NCBI GenBank assembly: GCA_964016885.1
Contig: OZ024744.1
Span: 34,658,001 to 34,722,000, forward strand
Source of the DNA: Eledone cirrhosa
Taxonomy: Eukaryota
Length of the DNA stretch: 64,000 bases
Direction of reading: 5' to 3'
Shown: positions 1 through 12,738 of the stretch, piece by piece
Numbering within the stretch: the first letter of the stretch is position 1
Layout of the letters: the number at the start of each line of letters is the position of its first letter
The notes under the pieces: generated by a model
Seen by the model: the letters and a program-made list of their open reading frames with translations, nothing else
Told to the model about the DNA's origin: nothing
Database searches by the model: none
Made by a program: the position numbers and the translations under genes

Positions 1-742
1 ACTTCCAGAGGTCCCTGGCCTGGCAGTGGTACTGTGGCGCTCTTCCCGTTCGAGACAAGCTCTACAGACACGGCCGCTCGGGTAGGAACCTTTCGAAAAA
101 GATCTGTCCGAGATACGTGCGCGACGAGGAAACAGTCGCTCACGCATTGATACACTGCCCGGGCGTTGCCGATCTGTGGGGCTATGTAGAACGACTGCTG
201 TCACGGGTGGGACCAATCCAGTTTACCACCGAGTCCATTGTTACGATCAACCCCCCCCCCCCCCCTCCTTCAGAAACGAAGGAGAGGCGGTCTTCCTCTG
301 TGTAATAGCCATGGTAAAAGAGGTTATATGGTGGACGCGTTTGAAAGCGCTGAGGTCGGGCACCTTTCTCTCCGGCCAACAACTGGTCATTTTCTTCCGA
401 TATCATTTCGGAAGAAGGATCAGGATGGAGAGAGAGGTGCTCCACCCCAACCAGTTTTATGAAAGGTGGGTGAAAGTGGCGAGAATGGCCCGTGTGAATG
501 GGCCTTCCCTCTATATCAGCCTGTAGGTGAAAAAGATGGAACAACAAGGGAGCACCCTCTCTCTGTGCTCCTGAGGAGAAGGGTGGCACACTTTTTCGGC
601 GACCCCCCAAAACGCCTTCTCCCTATTGAGGACTTTATTGTTAATTTTATATTTATTATTTGTTTTTTACTCGTTCTTTTGTGTAAACTCCCCCCTTTGT
701 ATTTGTCCCCTTCTTTTGTGCCCTCGTGGCAATAAATAGAAA
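1..742 (+). mobile_element. Tx1/L1-clade LINE, 3' end (ORF2 C-terminus + 3'UTR)
   Basis: Frameshifted ORFs 117-526 (..DEETVAHALIHC..WWTRLK..ERWVKVARMARVNGPSLYISL) closely match the ORF2 C-terminus at 39509 and 46213; ends GGCAATAAATAGAAA then TTTATC(TC)n. Confidence 0.9.
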
Positions 743-745
743 TTT

Positions 746-769
746 ATCTCTCTCCCTCTCTCTCTCTCT

Positions 770-861
<92 letters not shown>
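746..861. repeat. compound microsatellite (TC)n(TA)n(TG)n
   Basis: direct. Confidence 0.95.
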
Positions 862-862
<1 letters not shown>

Positions 863-943
863 AAAAGGTAAACAGAAATTACAAAATCGGTACAGTATAT
901 GGAAGAATATATTAGGTTATCGCTTGATATAGCAGGAAGAGGG

Positions 944-979
944 TCTTGACGTTTTGGACGCTAGTCCTTCATCAGAAGA
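944..979 (-). ncRNA. minimal type I hammerhead ribozyme, degenerate (G12 to A)
   Basis: UCUU-CUGAUGA-A-GGAC UAGC GUCC-AAA-ACGU-C-AAGA: stem I UCUU/AAGA, palindromic stem III ACGU; GAAA reads AAAA. Confidence 0.7.
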
Positions 980-1058
980 AAGAATGAAAAATAAGATAGA
1001 TTGAGGGGTCGGGCGGGCTGGAATTGGAAAAATGTCTTTAGATAAAAATAACGGGTCC

Positions 1059-1091
<33 letters not shown>

Positions 1092-1810
1092 AAACATATA
1101 TATATATAATATATTTTTGCAGACAAGCTCATAATTTTTTAATTTGTGTTTATTGAAGCCACTTCCTTTTACTTAATGCTCTTAGTGGCAAAATTTAGCA
1201 TACTTTCAGTGTCTTTAGTGGGGCTCCAACAATATAGAGTCACAAATAGAAGCAAAGAATCTTTAGTTGGAAAAAGTATTGACTCGGCCAATACTTAAAA
1301 ATACTTGAACATAAAGAAATGTCATATACAGAAAGAAGGGCAATGTCCATAATCCTTGTGAGGTTTTCCAAACTGGAGCACTTGATGTGTTGAAGCTCAT
1401 CTGTAGGTATAGAACTTGAAGTGAAGGGGACGAAATTTTAGGGAACTACTATTTAGGAGAGGCAAGCACTAAACGAAATATTTAAATTGGATTCTAAAGG
1501 GTAAGTTACAATGGGGCTGACAGACCAATTTGTGACAAGGAGGCCTAGGCCGAAAGTGTATGCATATATTCATTTGAGAAGAGCTGTCATTGATCGATGG
1601 TCATTTTCCAGGCTATAAAAGAAAAATATTGTTTGAATCTGGAGAGTTTCGAATGGAGTACAGATGGCGAAACAAAGCAAAATTCCTCCTATCCTCTCAA
1701 AAGTAACAACACCTCACTTTACGAAAACACAAGAGACAAATACCATAAATACCTCGCTTCCTATACAAGGAAAGGATTCTTGGTCGTCACTGGAGACACC
1801 TACAACAATC

Positions 1811-1860
<50 letters not shown>

Positions 1861-1867
<7 letters not shown>

Positions 1868-2804
1868 AAAGTTTGTCCTTCATCAGTGATCTTCCAACCA
1901 TCATAGGCATTTCATCGCTTTAAAGACCATATACCTCCGGTTGGTGCGAGCAACGGCTAAAAAAAGACGTTGGGACACGTAAATAAAGGGGACGCAAGGG
2001 TAAACAAACAAAATGGTGAAGCAACAGAAAGTGAGGAAGAAAGAGACAAGTCCCAGATTACTATGAATTTAAATTCGGTGAAATCGTGAACGAGAGAATA
2101 AAGACCATCAAATCTGGTTGAAATGTGAGCAAGGAAGGAATTTCGCACAGGTCTAACGGGAGGAAGAAGGGGTCTGGTCTGCGAATTCGGTAAACATAAG
2201 TTCTGTGAAATCGTAGACGAGAGAGAGCAAAAATTCATACCAGCTTGGTCAGCGTGCGGGAGAAAAGAATTACACACAGGTGAGGAAGAGGCTAACAGAG
2301 AGAGAGAGACTGTTAGCCTCTTCCTCACCCTTCACTCACTCATTCTCTGTCACTACCTCTCCTCCTCTTCTTTCTTCCCGTTTGACCTGTGTGTAATTCT
2401 TTTCTCCCGCACGCTGGCCAAGCTGGTATGAATTTTTTCTCTCTCTCGTTTACGATTTCACAGAACTTATGTTTACCGAATTCGCAGACCAGACCCCTTC
2501 TTCCTCCCGTTAGACCTGTGCGAAATTCCTTCCTTGCTCACATTTCAACCAGGTTTGATGGTCTTTATTCTCTCGTTCACGATTTCACCGAATTTAAATT
2601 CATAGAAATCTGGGACTTGTCTCTTTCTTCCTCACTTTCTGTTGCTTCACCATTTTGTTTGTTTACCCTTGCGTCCCCTTTATTTACGTGTCCCAACGTC
2701 TTTTTTTAGCCGTTGCTCGCACCAACCGGAGGTATATGGTCTTTAAAGCGATGAAATGCCTATGATGGTTGGAAGATCACTGATGAAGGACAAACTTTTT
2801 CATA
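1861..2804. repeat. long inverted repeat (arms ~1861-2281 and ~2385-2804), probable PLE pseudo-LTR fold-back
   Basis: arms are near-identical reverse complements (they give mirror ORFs 1957..2328- and 2389..2709+); flanked by (TA)n; both tips carry the hammerhead 5' half CTGATGAAGGAC. Confidence 0.9.
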
Positions 2805-2896
2805 TGTAACCCATTTGCAACTCCGCAGCGCCCTTATTTTCATATATATATATATATATATATATACACACGTATAAAGTTGGTTGATCAAATAAT

Positions 2897-3020
2897 TGTT
2901 TCTACTTTTGGCACAATGTTAACCTCGGCGGGATTCGAACTCAGAATGGCAAGGGCCGTAACTCTATGCGTCAAAGCATGGCGTCCGACCCTCTACCAAT
3001 ACTTCCAATCCACCGCCCTT
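2897..3020 (-). mobile_element. tRNA-derived SINE, internally deleted, with target site duplication
   Basis: B box GAGTTCGAATCC on minus strand; tail GTAGAAACAATTATT; direct repeat GTTGATCAAATAAT at 2883-2896 and 3021-3034. Confidence 0.85.
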
Positions 3021-3342
3021 GTTGATCAAATAATACACTGATTTTGGTCGTAAACAGATGTAAAGCATCCACGAATTGTTAAACACACACATATGTGTGT
3101 ATGGGGTGAGAGTGGGGTGGATGTGTGTGTGTGTGTATTCTCTTTAAACCTAGTTTGAGGATCCCAATATGACAACATGTATCGATATCTGCAAGTATAA
3201 ACTACCCCTAACAAACAGAATCAAATTCAAATAAAATAGTCGTCTGCTAGCTTTCTCCTGCTTCATCACAACTATCAAAACTAGCCCTAAACTCAAGATC
3301 AGACCCCTTGTCTTTAGAAGTGCTCCTCTATAAAATCTCGTA

Positions 3343-3344
<2 letters not shown>

Positions 3345-3435
<91 letters not shown>

Positions 3436-3476
3436 TCTCTCTCCCTCTCTCTCTCTCTCTTTCGCTTTCTCTCTCT
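3345..3476. repeat. (TC)n microsatellite
   Basis: direct. Confidence 0.95.
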
Positions 3477-3840
3477 GTATGTAGCAAATCCCTGTAAAAT
3501 GAATTATGTATTTAGTCGGATATCTATACGAATTCCAATAAAAGGTGTCTTCATTGGATATAGTTAGAAGAATAACCAGTTATTTAACATGACTGTAGTT
3601 GTGGCATTACTGTCGACGATAGAATTTAATAAATAGTCTCCCACGCTAAAATATGCGACTGATCGCGTTGACTGACTGACTATGTATGTATGTATGTATG
3701 TATGTATGTATGTATATAAGGGAGAGGATCAGGAGTGTGTAACACTCCACTTATCCAATAGGCAGTATAAGGTTAGCTCGATGTCTGAGGACAGAGCCGT
3801 AATATAATCAACAACAAAGAACGCTTAGAGCATAGGTATA

Positions 3841-3900
3841 TCTTTACTTGCTAACAGTGTTTCGTCCACACTATAAGTGGGACTCATCAGAGCATAAAGA
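3841..3900 (-). ncRNA. type I hammerhead ribozyme (mirror copy of 4491-4550)
   Basis: exact reverse complement of 4491-4550. Confidence 0.85.
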
Positions 3901-4490
3901 GTGATTACATATTACACAAGCAATAACAAATCCAAGACATTGAAGAAATAAAAAATAAAAAATATTGAAGAAATAAAATAAACATTGAAAAAAAAGCATT
4001 GAAAAATAAGAGGTGCTATCAGTCACAGTTGGGCAGGGTGCTGTTAACATACAGTTACATACAAGCATGGATAAGAGATAGAGAACAGATAAGGAATAGA
4101 CAAGAATAGATAAGATAGATAGGAGTAGGTAAGAATAGATAAAAAATAGGTAAAAAATAGGTGAAAAATAGACAAATAATATATATAAAAATATAAAAAA
4201 TATATATATAAAATATACAGATAATGGAGATAAAGGGTAAGGAATAAAATAAAATAAAATAAAAATTATATAAAATAAAATAAAATAAAATACAATTAAA
4301 TAAAATGAAATAAAATAAAATAAAATAACATAAAATAAAATAAAGTAAAGTGAGATAAGATATATATTTTTAGAATATATTTCTTGAATATATCAGGGGC
4401 ACACAAACGCCTTAAGTGTTACAGTTATCTGTATCACAACAATCAAATGCTCAAATGAGATTTGTTATTGCTTGTGTAATATGTAATCAC

Positions 4491-4550
4491 TCTTTATGCT
4501 CTGATGAGTCCCACTTATAGTGTGGACGAAACACTGTTAGCAAGTAAAGA
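4491..4550 (+). ncRNA. type I hammerhead ribozyme
   Basis: UCUUUAUGCU-CUGAUGA-GUCCCAC UUAUA GUGUGGAC-GAA-ACACUGU-U-AGCAAGUAAAGA; intact core, extended stem I with AG bulge. Confidence 0.85.
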
Positions 4551-4584
4551 TATACCTATGCTCTAAGCGTTCTTTGTTGTTGAT

Positions 4585-4618
<34 letters not shown>

Positions 4619-6603
4619 TGTATGTATGTATGTATGTATGTATAAATAGATATAAATAAATAAACAATTACATACATATATATTATATTATACAGCTAAA
4701 TCCTAAACCAGCCAGCTGTACCTCAATGACGATACCCTCACTAGAATGCCATGGTTACACATTAATAACAATACCAATATATATCATTAAAGAAAAAGAA
4801 AAAGAAAAAGAAAGGATGAACTGATGAACGAAACCCCCAGTAAATTCTTTTATGAGAGAAATATATTGATTTTACAATTTATTTTTGTTTTTATTTTTTA
4901 TTTATTTTCCCCCAAAGCTTGACGCCATGACATGTTATAATAGGAGAAGCGATATATTGTATTGTAACCCTCCGGTTACTACTTATATTTGCTTACCATA
5001 TGAGAGTGACTGATTACTTTGTACGTGTCTCACTATACATGTGCTTGTAAGTATAAATAATGTTTCTGTGCTGTAAAGCAAATAATTGATACATTTCTCC
5101 CTCCCACCACCCTCCACTTCTAGTGTAATAAATAAATGCGTTATTTTCATACAGATAGCTTTGATTGTGTAGAAATTTCACTCAGCAATTCAAATCCACA
5201 AATCACTCGCCAATTTTACAGTGCTGTTACTTCGTTCGTGTTTAGTCATGGATTTGTACCTGGAAGATTATTTTCTATGGCGCAAGTCTAAACTCTATAG
5301 CAATTACTTCGTACAAGAGCCATAATAATATTAAAAAGCAGATTAAAAAACTGTTATATTAACTTTTCATATATTTTTGTTGTATTTCTATTACTGACCG
5401 GATTACTGAGTGACAAAATGTGTGTTTATAAATGTATATATTTGTATACGTGTGTTTGCGTTTAAATTTACTATTTCTTTGTGATCCATAACATAGCGAT
5501 TCAATGAATAGAGACTGACGAAATAAGTAAAAATAAAATAGGTAAAAGTCCCTTAACTCCCAATTGAATCGTATAAGCACCGTCGTTGCACCCGACGTGT
5601 CTTGTGCATATTAAACCTGACGAAGCACATCCTAACGACTCCGTCAATTCTTCACCTTACAAAAGTACCAAACTTTGAAATAATTGCTGGGATAGATGTG
5701 ACTGACTAAATCCCTTCGTTATGATGCCCCAGCAGGACTAGAGTCCTAATGACTGAAACCAGTAAAAGAATAAAAGAGTAAAGTAATTCAATGGAAATGT
5801 TTATTTTTTTAAGTAAAGAGAAGGAACTGGGTGTTTGAAATTCATTGACATAGATTTAGAATTTTTATTTTTAAAAATCTTAAACTGAGAAATTGATTTT
5901 GTATAATCTAAATAATTTAAAAATATAAACCCATATATGAAATGAGTTATACGCTAAGTTTAATTAGAATTGTTTCTATTACCATTTCTGTTTTTTTTTT
6001 CAAGGAAGTTGTTTTTAAACATAAAAGTTATGCCGAACATGATGAAGGAAGATGGGTTAACGTGTTCGGCTCAGGATCGGGAGTTTGATTTTTCTACGAG
6101 TCAAAGTTAATTAAAAAAGATACAAGTTAAAATGAAACCAGGAAAAATATACCCCAAAGTGAAGGTTTCCATTCGAACATTCTGCTTCATTCAGTAAACC
6201 CCACTTAGTTTTACAGCAGGCCCCATGCGACCTTAAGGTCCTCGCTTTCTTTTGACGGCCATGCGTGCTTCGGTTCGCTTAATCTGATCGGATATAAAAC
6301 TGCTCTTATGAAAAAATAGCGGACAGTCACACATGCTTTCGATCTTTCGTTTGCTCATTCGTTCATTCTACCATTTTCTGTGTCACTCGTCCATTTGCTT
6401 CATCGATTGATCGAATCGTTTTATTAGATCGTCTGTGCATGTATTCATTAATACGACTCCTTAGTGCATTGGGTTAAACACTACAGTGGTTCGTTCACGC
6501 GCAGGTCAACTTTCACTCTTTATGCTCCAATGCACACGTACACATGCAACTGTATGTTCATCTGTCCGCATACTCACGTATATATATATATATATACGTG
6601 AGT

Positions 6604-8580
6604 ATGCGGACGCCGGCCCCAGGGCAATTTAGCACCCTGGACGCCTTCGTCGATGCCAGCCGTAGCGCAGTAAATCGTTTCGACTTCCGCCACCGTTCCA
6701 AACGGCACAACATCTCACGGGGCGAACTCCTCGCTCTCCGCTCCCTCCGTAGCCGAGATGACATCGTCATCAAACCGGCGGACAAGGGAGGCGCCGTGGT
6801 GGTATGGCGCGCGGACCTCTACACGGCCGAAGCCCTCAGGCAGCTCTGTAACCCCCTCTTTTACCGCCCTCTACCCTCCGATCCCACCCCCCTCTACCAA
6901 CAACAAGTCTCCTCCACCATCAAAGACCTTATCGCCTCCTCCCTCCCCCCACCGCTTCCCACCTCATCGTCCGCACCCCCCGCACCCCCACCATCTACTT
7001 CCTCCCCAAACTCCACAAACCCGACAACCCCGGCCGCCCCATCGTCTCTGCTTGCAACTGCCCCACGGAACTCATCTCCGCCTTTCTCGACTCCCTCCTC
7101 GCCCCCCTTGTCACCACCCTCCCCTCCCACATCTCCGACACCAACCACGCCCTGCGCCTTTTCGACTCCTTCACCTACCTACCCGGCCCTCAGCCATTCC
7201 TCTTCACCCTAGACATCAAGTCCCTCTATACCGTCATCCCCCACGCCGACGGCCTTCGCGCCCTCAAACACTACCTCGACCTTCGCCCCTCCCCCATTCC
7301 CTCCACCCCCACCCTCCTTCGCCTCGCCGAGCTGGTCCTCACCCTAAATTGTTTCTCCTTCTCGGGTGAGTTTTACCAACAGGTCACGGGGGTAGCCATG
7401 GGCACAAGAATGGGCCCGAACTATGCCAACCTTTTTGTTGGCCATGTTGAGGCCCAAATCTTTGCCCAGTACACCGGCCCCACGCCCGAACTGTACGGTC
7501 GTTACATTGACGACTGTATCGGAGCCACGACCCTCACCCGAGTACAGCTCGACTCCTTTCTCTCCTTCTTCTGCTCCTTCCACCCCTCCCTCCACTTCAC
7601 CACCTCTATCTCCACCACCCACGTCCACTTCTTGGACATCTCCGTCGCCTTCGACCCCTCCCACCACTCCCTCGTCACCTCCGCCTTCTTCAAACCCACC
7701 GACTCCCACTCTTACCTCGACTTCACCTCTTCCCACCCCACCCACACTAAACTCTCCATTCCCTACTCCCAACTTCTCAGGATCCGCCGTCTCTGTAGCC
7801 GAGATGCTGACTTCGAGTCCCAGGCCCTTTCCCTAGTCAGCCATTTCATCCGCAGAGGTTTCCCCCTCTCTCGTCTACACCGCTCTCACCCGCGCCCGTG
7901 CTATCCCCCGCTCCACCACCCTCACCCCACGCCACCGCACACCCACCCACCGTCTCCCCTTCCCCCTCACCTACCACCCCTCCACCTTACCCCTCCACCG
8001 CACCATCCGCCGCCTCTTCCGACGCCTCCAGTCCGACCCCTCCACCTCCCACATCTTCCCAACCCCACCACTCCCCTCCTTCAAACGCGCACGCAATCTC
8101 CGCACCCTCCTCGTCCACAGCTCCCTACCCCTCAACCCACGCTCCGTTTCCCCCCCCCCCCCCGGTTCCTTCCCCTGTTCTAGGCCCCGCTGCAACACCT
8201 GTCCCCACATCACCAACACCACCACCTTCCAGGGTCCCAACGGCCACTCGCTCTCGGTCCGGCATGCCTTCCGCTGCACCTCCTCCAACCTAGTCTACGG
8301 ACTTCGTTGCACGGAGTGCAGCGCGACTTATGTCGGACAGACGGGACGTCGCCTGGCGGACCGAGTCACGGAGCACCTCCGGGATATTCGTCTCGAGGGC
8401 ATTTCCCCCATCGCCCGCCACTTTGGTGGCCCTGGACACTCCGCACGCCATCTCACAGTCTGTGGCCTACTCCAGTGCCACGGAACACCCGCCCATCACC
8501 TTACGGTCGAACAACGCACTATCTTCATCTTACAGACCCACACTCCCCCCGGCCTGAACTCCCCACCCTTATTCCTTTAG
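6604..8580 (+). pseudogene. PLE reverse transcriptase-GIY-YIG endonuclease ORF, frameshifted
   Basis: IKPADKGGAVVVW, YFLPKLHK..GRPIVS, LDIKSLYT, GVAMGTRMGP, RYIDD; then CSRPRCNTC, NLVYGLRCTEC..YVGQT.R, EH, GLN, stop TAG 8578-8580 (last frame translated by hand). Confidence 0.92.
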
Positions 8581-9924
8581 CGTTCGACCCCCCCCCCCCC
8601 CCACACTTATCCCCCACTAACACCACTAACACACCCCTCCTTTTCACCGCCCACCCCACACTAACAATACTAACACCTCCACCCCACCCCTCATCTGACC
8701 ACCCTTCCCCAACTAACATACTAACATTCCTTCCCTCCCCTCTTCTCCTCCCCCCCTCCTTATCACACGCACCCACTTACACCACCCACCCACACGCAAC
8801 TAACATCACTAACACCCTCCAACCCCACGCACACGTACCCACACACCCTCGTACACCACCAACTCTACACACACTACCCCCACTAACCCCCACTCACACC
8901 TGCATTCCACCTCTCCCCACCTCCCGTATACTAACACCCACTAACACCTCTTCACCAAACTACACACACACCAGTACACCACACTCCCTCCATAGAACCA
9001 CACACACCCTTCTCTCCCCGCTCCACACTCACTCATCCCACTAACACCCCTACTAATACACACACACACACACACACCCTCCTCACTCCCACTCTCACAC
9101 CTACCCATCCTCGCCTCCCTACCATTCCGCCGACTGCTGCTATGCCCTTCCGACCACCTCTCAGCACCAACTGACCACAGCACTCCCACTGCTGACCACT
9201 TCCTGTTGCGCGCGCACCCCACATCTCTCCTCTTCCGACCACCGCTTCTTGGATTACCCACACGCGAAATTGACTTCTAACCAAAATCTCCAAACATCCG
9301 TGGAACTTACCAACTTTTCAACCATCCTCTTACACCATCACCTATATAACTCACCCACACACACACCCCAACAAAATTTTTTTTTATCCACACGCCACCC
9401 ACACCCACAACACGCTTAAACCACACACACGTGCTTCCCACCACATATTTACACCCTCAGCCTCCTGATTCCTCTCCCCCACCCCCTATCCACACACGCA
9501 CAGACACTCCGACCCACAAAAACACCCCCCACACACACCTTCCTGAACATGCAACCCCGTTCTTCCCCCAACCCTCACTTTCACATACACACACACACAC
9601 ACACACGCACACCTAACCACACACACCACCTTCAGCCCTCCCCGCTCGGACACCCCGTCTCCCTCTTCCCACTCCACCCGCCACCACCCATACACACCCT
9701 ACACCCTTCCACCACCTGTTTACCCCCCTTTTAATTTCAGTTTATTTTGATCATGCCTTTATTTTTAAATTTTCTCATTCCTTGTATTTTGATCATGCTT
9801 TATTTTTATTTATTATATTTTTTGTCTTTATTTGTTAATCTTTCATTCGCACCGTTTCCTTTCGCTATATGTCTCTCCACCACTCCCCTACACACCTTTT
9901 GAACTCTGTTCCCACACACTTCTC

Positions 9925-9956
9925 ACCTGAAGAAGGGCTTATGCCCGAAACGTCGT
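9925..9956 (+). ncRNA. minimal hammerhead in the PLE pseudo-LTR
   Basis: CUGAAGA-A-GGGC UUAU GCCC-GAA-ACGU-C; stem I only 2 bp (AC/GU). Confidence 0.75.
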
Positions 9957-10067
9957 CCCCCACCTACCCCCCACTCTCCTGAGCGTGAATTTAATAAACA
10001 TTTATCGTACTGCCTCTCTGTTCTGTCCCTGTTCAATTTTCATTATATATATATATATATATATATA

Positions 10068-10120
10068 AAGTACCAGTAATGCACTGGGATAATTGCTGGC
10101 CTTGTGCCTAAAGTAGAAAC

Positions 10121-10125
<5 letters not shown>
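10068..10125 (+). mobile_element. SINE 3' fragment inside (TA)n
   Basis: GTACCAGTAATGCACTGG..GCCTTGTGCCTAAAGTAGAAACAATTA. Confidence 0.8.
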
Positions 10126-10165
<40 letters not shown>

Positions 10166-10454
10166 TAATTAAGTTCTATTAGTGATTACATGTAGCACTT
10201 TCATTAATATATACCTTTGTCAGACAATATGATTAATTACTTTGCGTATTAATCAATATTTTATTACACACATATATACATATATATGTATACACACACA
10301 CACATACACACACACACTCACATATATATATATATATTAATAAGAGGAATTCCAACTTTGTCTGATTTACTCGTTTTATTTACAATCCTTTAAAATATAT
10401 ATAATGGTATTATAATGAAATAGTATGATAGAATATTAAATTCTAAGTGTTAAT

Positions 10455-10493
10455 TGAACGAGTACTTTCATGCTTTCGCAATCTTCAGGTTCA
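10455..10493 (-). ncRNA. minimal type I hammerhead (mirror of 10571-10609)
   Basis: reverse complement of the copy below. Confidence 0.8.
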
Positions 10494-10570
10494 TGATATG
10501 TGGTGACAGTCGAGTTTGCAATTTTCAATTGACAGTTGAAAATTGCAAACTCGACTGTCACCACATATCA

Positions 10571-10609
10571 TGAACCTGAAGATTGCGAAAGCATGAAAGT
10601 ACTCGTTCA
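10571..10609 (+). ncRNA. minimal type I hammerhead
   Basis: UGAAC-CUGAAGA-U-UGC GAAA GCA-U-GAA-AGUACU-C-GUUCA; 5-bp stem I, palindromic stem III. Confidence 0.8.
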
Positions 10610-10811
10610 ATTAACACTTAGAATTTAATATTCTATCATACTATTTCATTATAATACCATTATATATATTTTAAAGGATTGTAAATAAAACGAGTAAATC
10701 AGACAAAGTTGGAATTCCTCTTATTAATATAATCTTCTATACACAATCATACACACCCGTGTATATTTACCTATCTATATCTATATCTATATATATATAT
10801 ATATATAGGAC

Positions 10812-10926
10812 GAGTAGGACCCCGACGGCTGAGCTCAAGCCGTTGCGACGGCTAATTCTGGACTAAAAGATTTAGTCCAGAATTAGCCGTCGACACGGCT
10901 TGAGCTCAGCCGTCGGGGTCCTACTC
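10812..10926. repeat. palindrome containing the 3' half of a GACA-type hammerhead
   Basis: arms 10812-10867 / 10871-10926; right arm C-GACA-CGGCUUGAGCUCAGCCGU-C-GGGGUCC is homologous to 38529-38559. Confidence 0.85.
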
Positions 10927-11014
10927 TTATTACACACTCTACTACCCTAAGTATTGAGTACTTTGGTGAGTTATGGTACACCTGGTTCCTTACCACATTT
11001 CCTTCGTTATATAT

Positions 11015-11144
11015 ATGATGATGGAGTATATTAATAAAGATGAAAATGCGAAATTGGAGATGTTAGGGTCTTTTATTAATCAATAAAAGACCCTAACATC
11101 TCCAACTTCGCATTTTCATCTTTATTAATATACTCCATCATCAT
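11015..11144. repeat. 130-bp palindrome (4-nt loop) with AATAAA, probable pseudo-LTR tip
   Basis: direct arm complementarity, one mismatch. Confidence 0.9.
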
Positions 11145-11271
11145 TGTTTTTAGGACGTAATATGACGTTGTGTGCTAGAAGTGAATTGCATCATTGCATA
11201 GCTATTTCAAATGTTAGCCTAATATATTCCTTCCATATACTGTACCGATTGTGTTATTATTTGTGTTTACC

Positions 11272-11404
<133 letters not shown>

Positions 11405-11591
11405 GGTTTGTTGGTTCACCACTGGATAGAACTGGTCATTCCGTATGGTCAACCTCGATGTAATATTATGGAGAGTACTCAACGTAATGCAGCTCACCCG
11501 TCTTCGTTTGTGTAGTTGGTGTGCGAGTACGGAGTTAATTATTATAAAATAACAGTAGGCTGGACTAGTGTAATTCCTTGAAAGGTTTATT

Positions 11592-11649
11592 ATACTATGA
11601 TCATTTCAATGACCGGGTTGAGTATGAATCCGGTGATATCATCAGGTAT
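11592..11649 (-). ncRNA. type I hammerhead ribozyme
   Basis: AUAC-CUGAUGA-U-AUCACCGG..CCGGUCAU-U-GAA-AUGAUCAU-A-GUAU; palindromic stem III. Confidence 0.8.
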
Positions 11650-12539
11650 TCGAAATATAACAAATGAATATAATAGACAAGATCCATGGGGCTGAAAATC
11701 AGAGACATGAGGGCGACCGAACATTTAGCAGCTTCTACCTTAGTCGGCCGCCCTCAAGTGGTGATTATTAAGCCTACTTATGTCCATCTGGTGAAGGGGC
11801 GTGGGCTTATAGTGTACTACTACCACCCCGTCAAAGACAGGCCAGCGTTGGGGGACAGGTCACAATCAAGCTGGTCATGCGTGCTAGAAAGTGCCGCGAA
11901 AAATATCAAAGAACATATATCTTTAACAAATCTATATATAGTAATATATAGTGGGTGTCTGCATGGTATAATGTATGGACAGAAATTACGATTAACAATT
12001 AGAAACGTTAAATTTATATTTAGAGTTAGAAGATGCCATTTAAGTTGAAATTAGAAAAATAAGGTTTAGGTTTGAAGTTGTGAGATTTAGTTTTAGTTAA
12101 AGAATTTACAGAAGGAGGCTTTTATGAAAAAGTTTAAGTGTATTATAGATAGTCACGATAAAGTTTCAGGGTAGAATATAGAGCAAAGATTAAGCCCATG
12201 CTTAGCGGTCAATAACCAGCGACGTTGCGGATCCCTGGCCAGCCCGGGGCACAACGGCGTCTCAGCCGTTCCGAGTATTATCGTCTAGCGAAAGAAATGG
12301 AAATTTATTTTTCCGAGCACTCCAGGAATGTTAACTGTCTTATATATATACATATATATATGTTATACTTGGGAGGGTCATATTGTTGTAATAATATTGC
12401 CAGAAATAATAACAGAACACACTCACTGTTTGGTTGGTTTTCGCTTCTCTATCTTTTATATCTCCATAGTTAATTTATTTGGCGATCAATGTTTATCATT
12501 GATTGACACTTTTCAGTTGAATATTAATATGGTTTTTAT

Positions 12540-12738
12540 ATAGGCAGCAATTTTGGGGGAGGGGCAAGTCGATTAAATCGACCCCAGTGCGTGACTGGTA
12601 CTTTATTATATCGACCCCGTAAGGATGAAAGACAAAGTTAACCTCGACGGGATTTGAACTCAGATCATAAAGGGCTGTAACTCTATTCTACAAAGCATGG
12701 CGTCCGACCCTCTACCGATACTGCTAATCCACCGCCCT
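12540..12738 (-). mobile_element. tRNA-derived SINE
   Basis: ATCGACCCCGTAAGGATGAAAG core, B box; approximate TSD TGAAT(A/G)TTAATAT. Confidence 0.85.

Larger units (their letters stand above)
3717..4589 (-). mobile_element. ORF-less PLE pseudo-LTR with inverted partial copy (arms 3802-3932 / 4459-4589)
   Basis: 131-bp inverted arms, each with a hammerhead; (TATG)n on both flanks. Confidence 0.75.
6597..10043 (+). mobile_element. Penelope-like retroelement (C-terminal GIY-YIG, Neptune-like Cys linker), 5'-truncated
   Basis: RT + GIY-YIG coding region, long C/A-rich 3' region, hammerhead at 9925, AATAAA at 9993; (TA)n on both sides. Confidence 0.92.
10333..10731. repeat. 399-bp near-perfect palindrome centred on 10532
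   Basis: arms are reverse complements almost to the centre; carries two mirror hammerheads. Confidence 0.95.

Noticed and set aside
1957-2709. Two near-identical ORFs on opposite strands
   Set aside because: Consequence of the inverted repeat; no recognisable domain
6758-9734. Pro/His/Thr-rich ORFs resembling extensins or mucins
   Set aside because: Alternative frames of the C-rich PLE
10333-10731. Palindromes as amplification or assembly chimeras
   Set aside because: Not excluded for this near-perfect one, but arm mismatches, spacers and a one-arm SINE in the others favour a real origin
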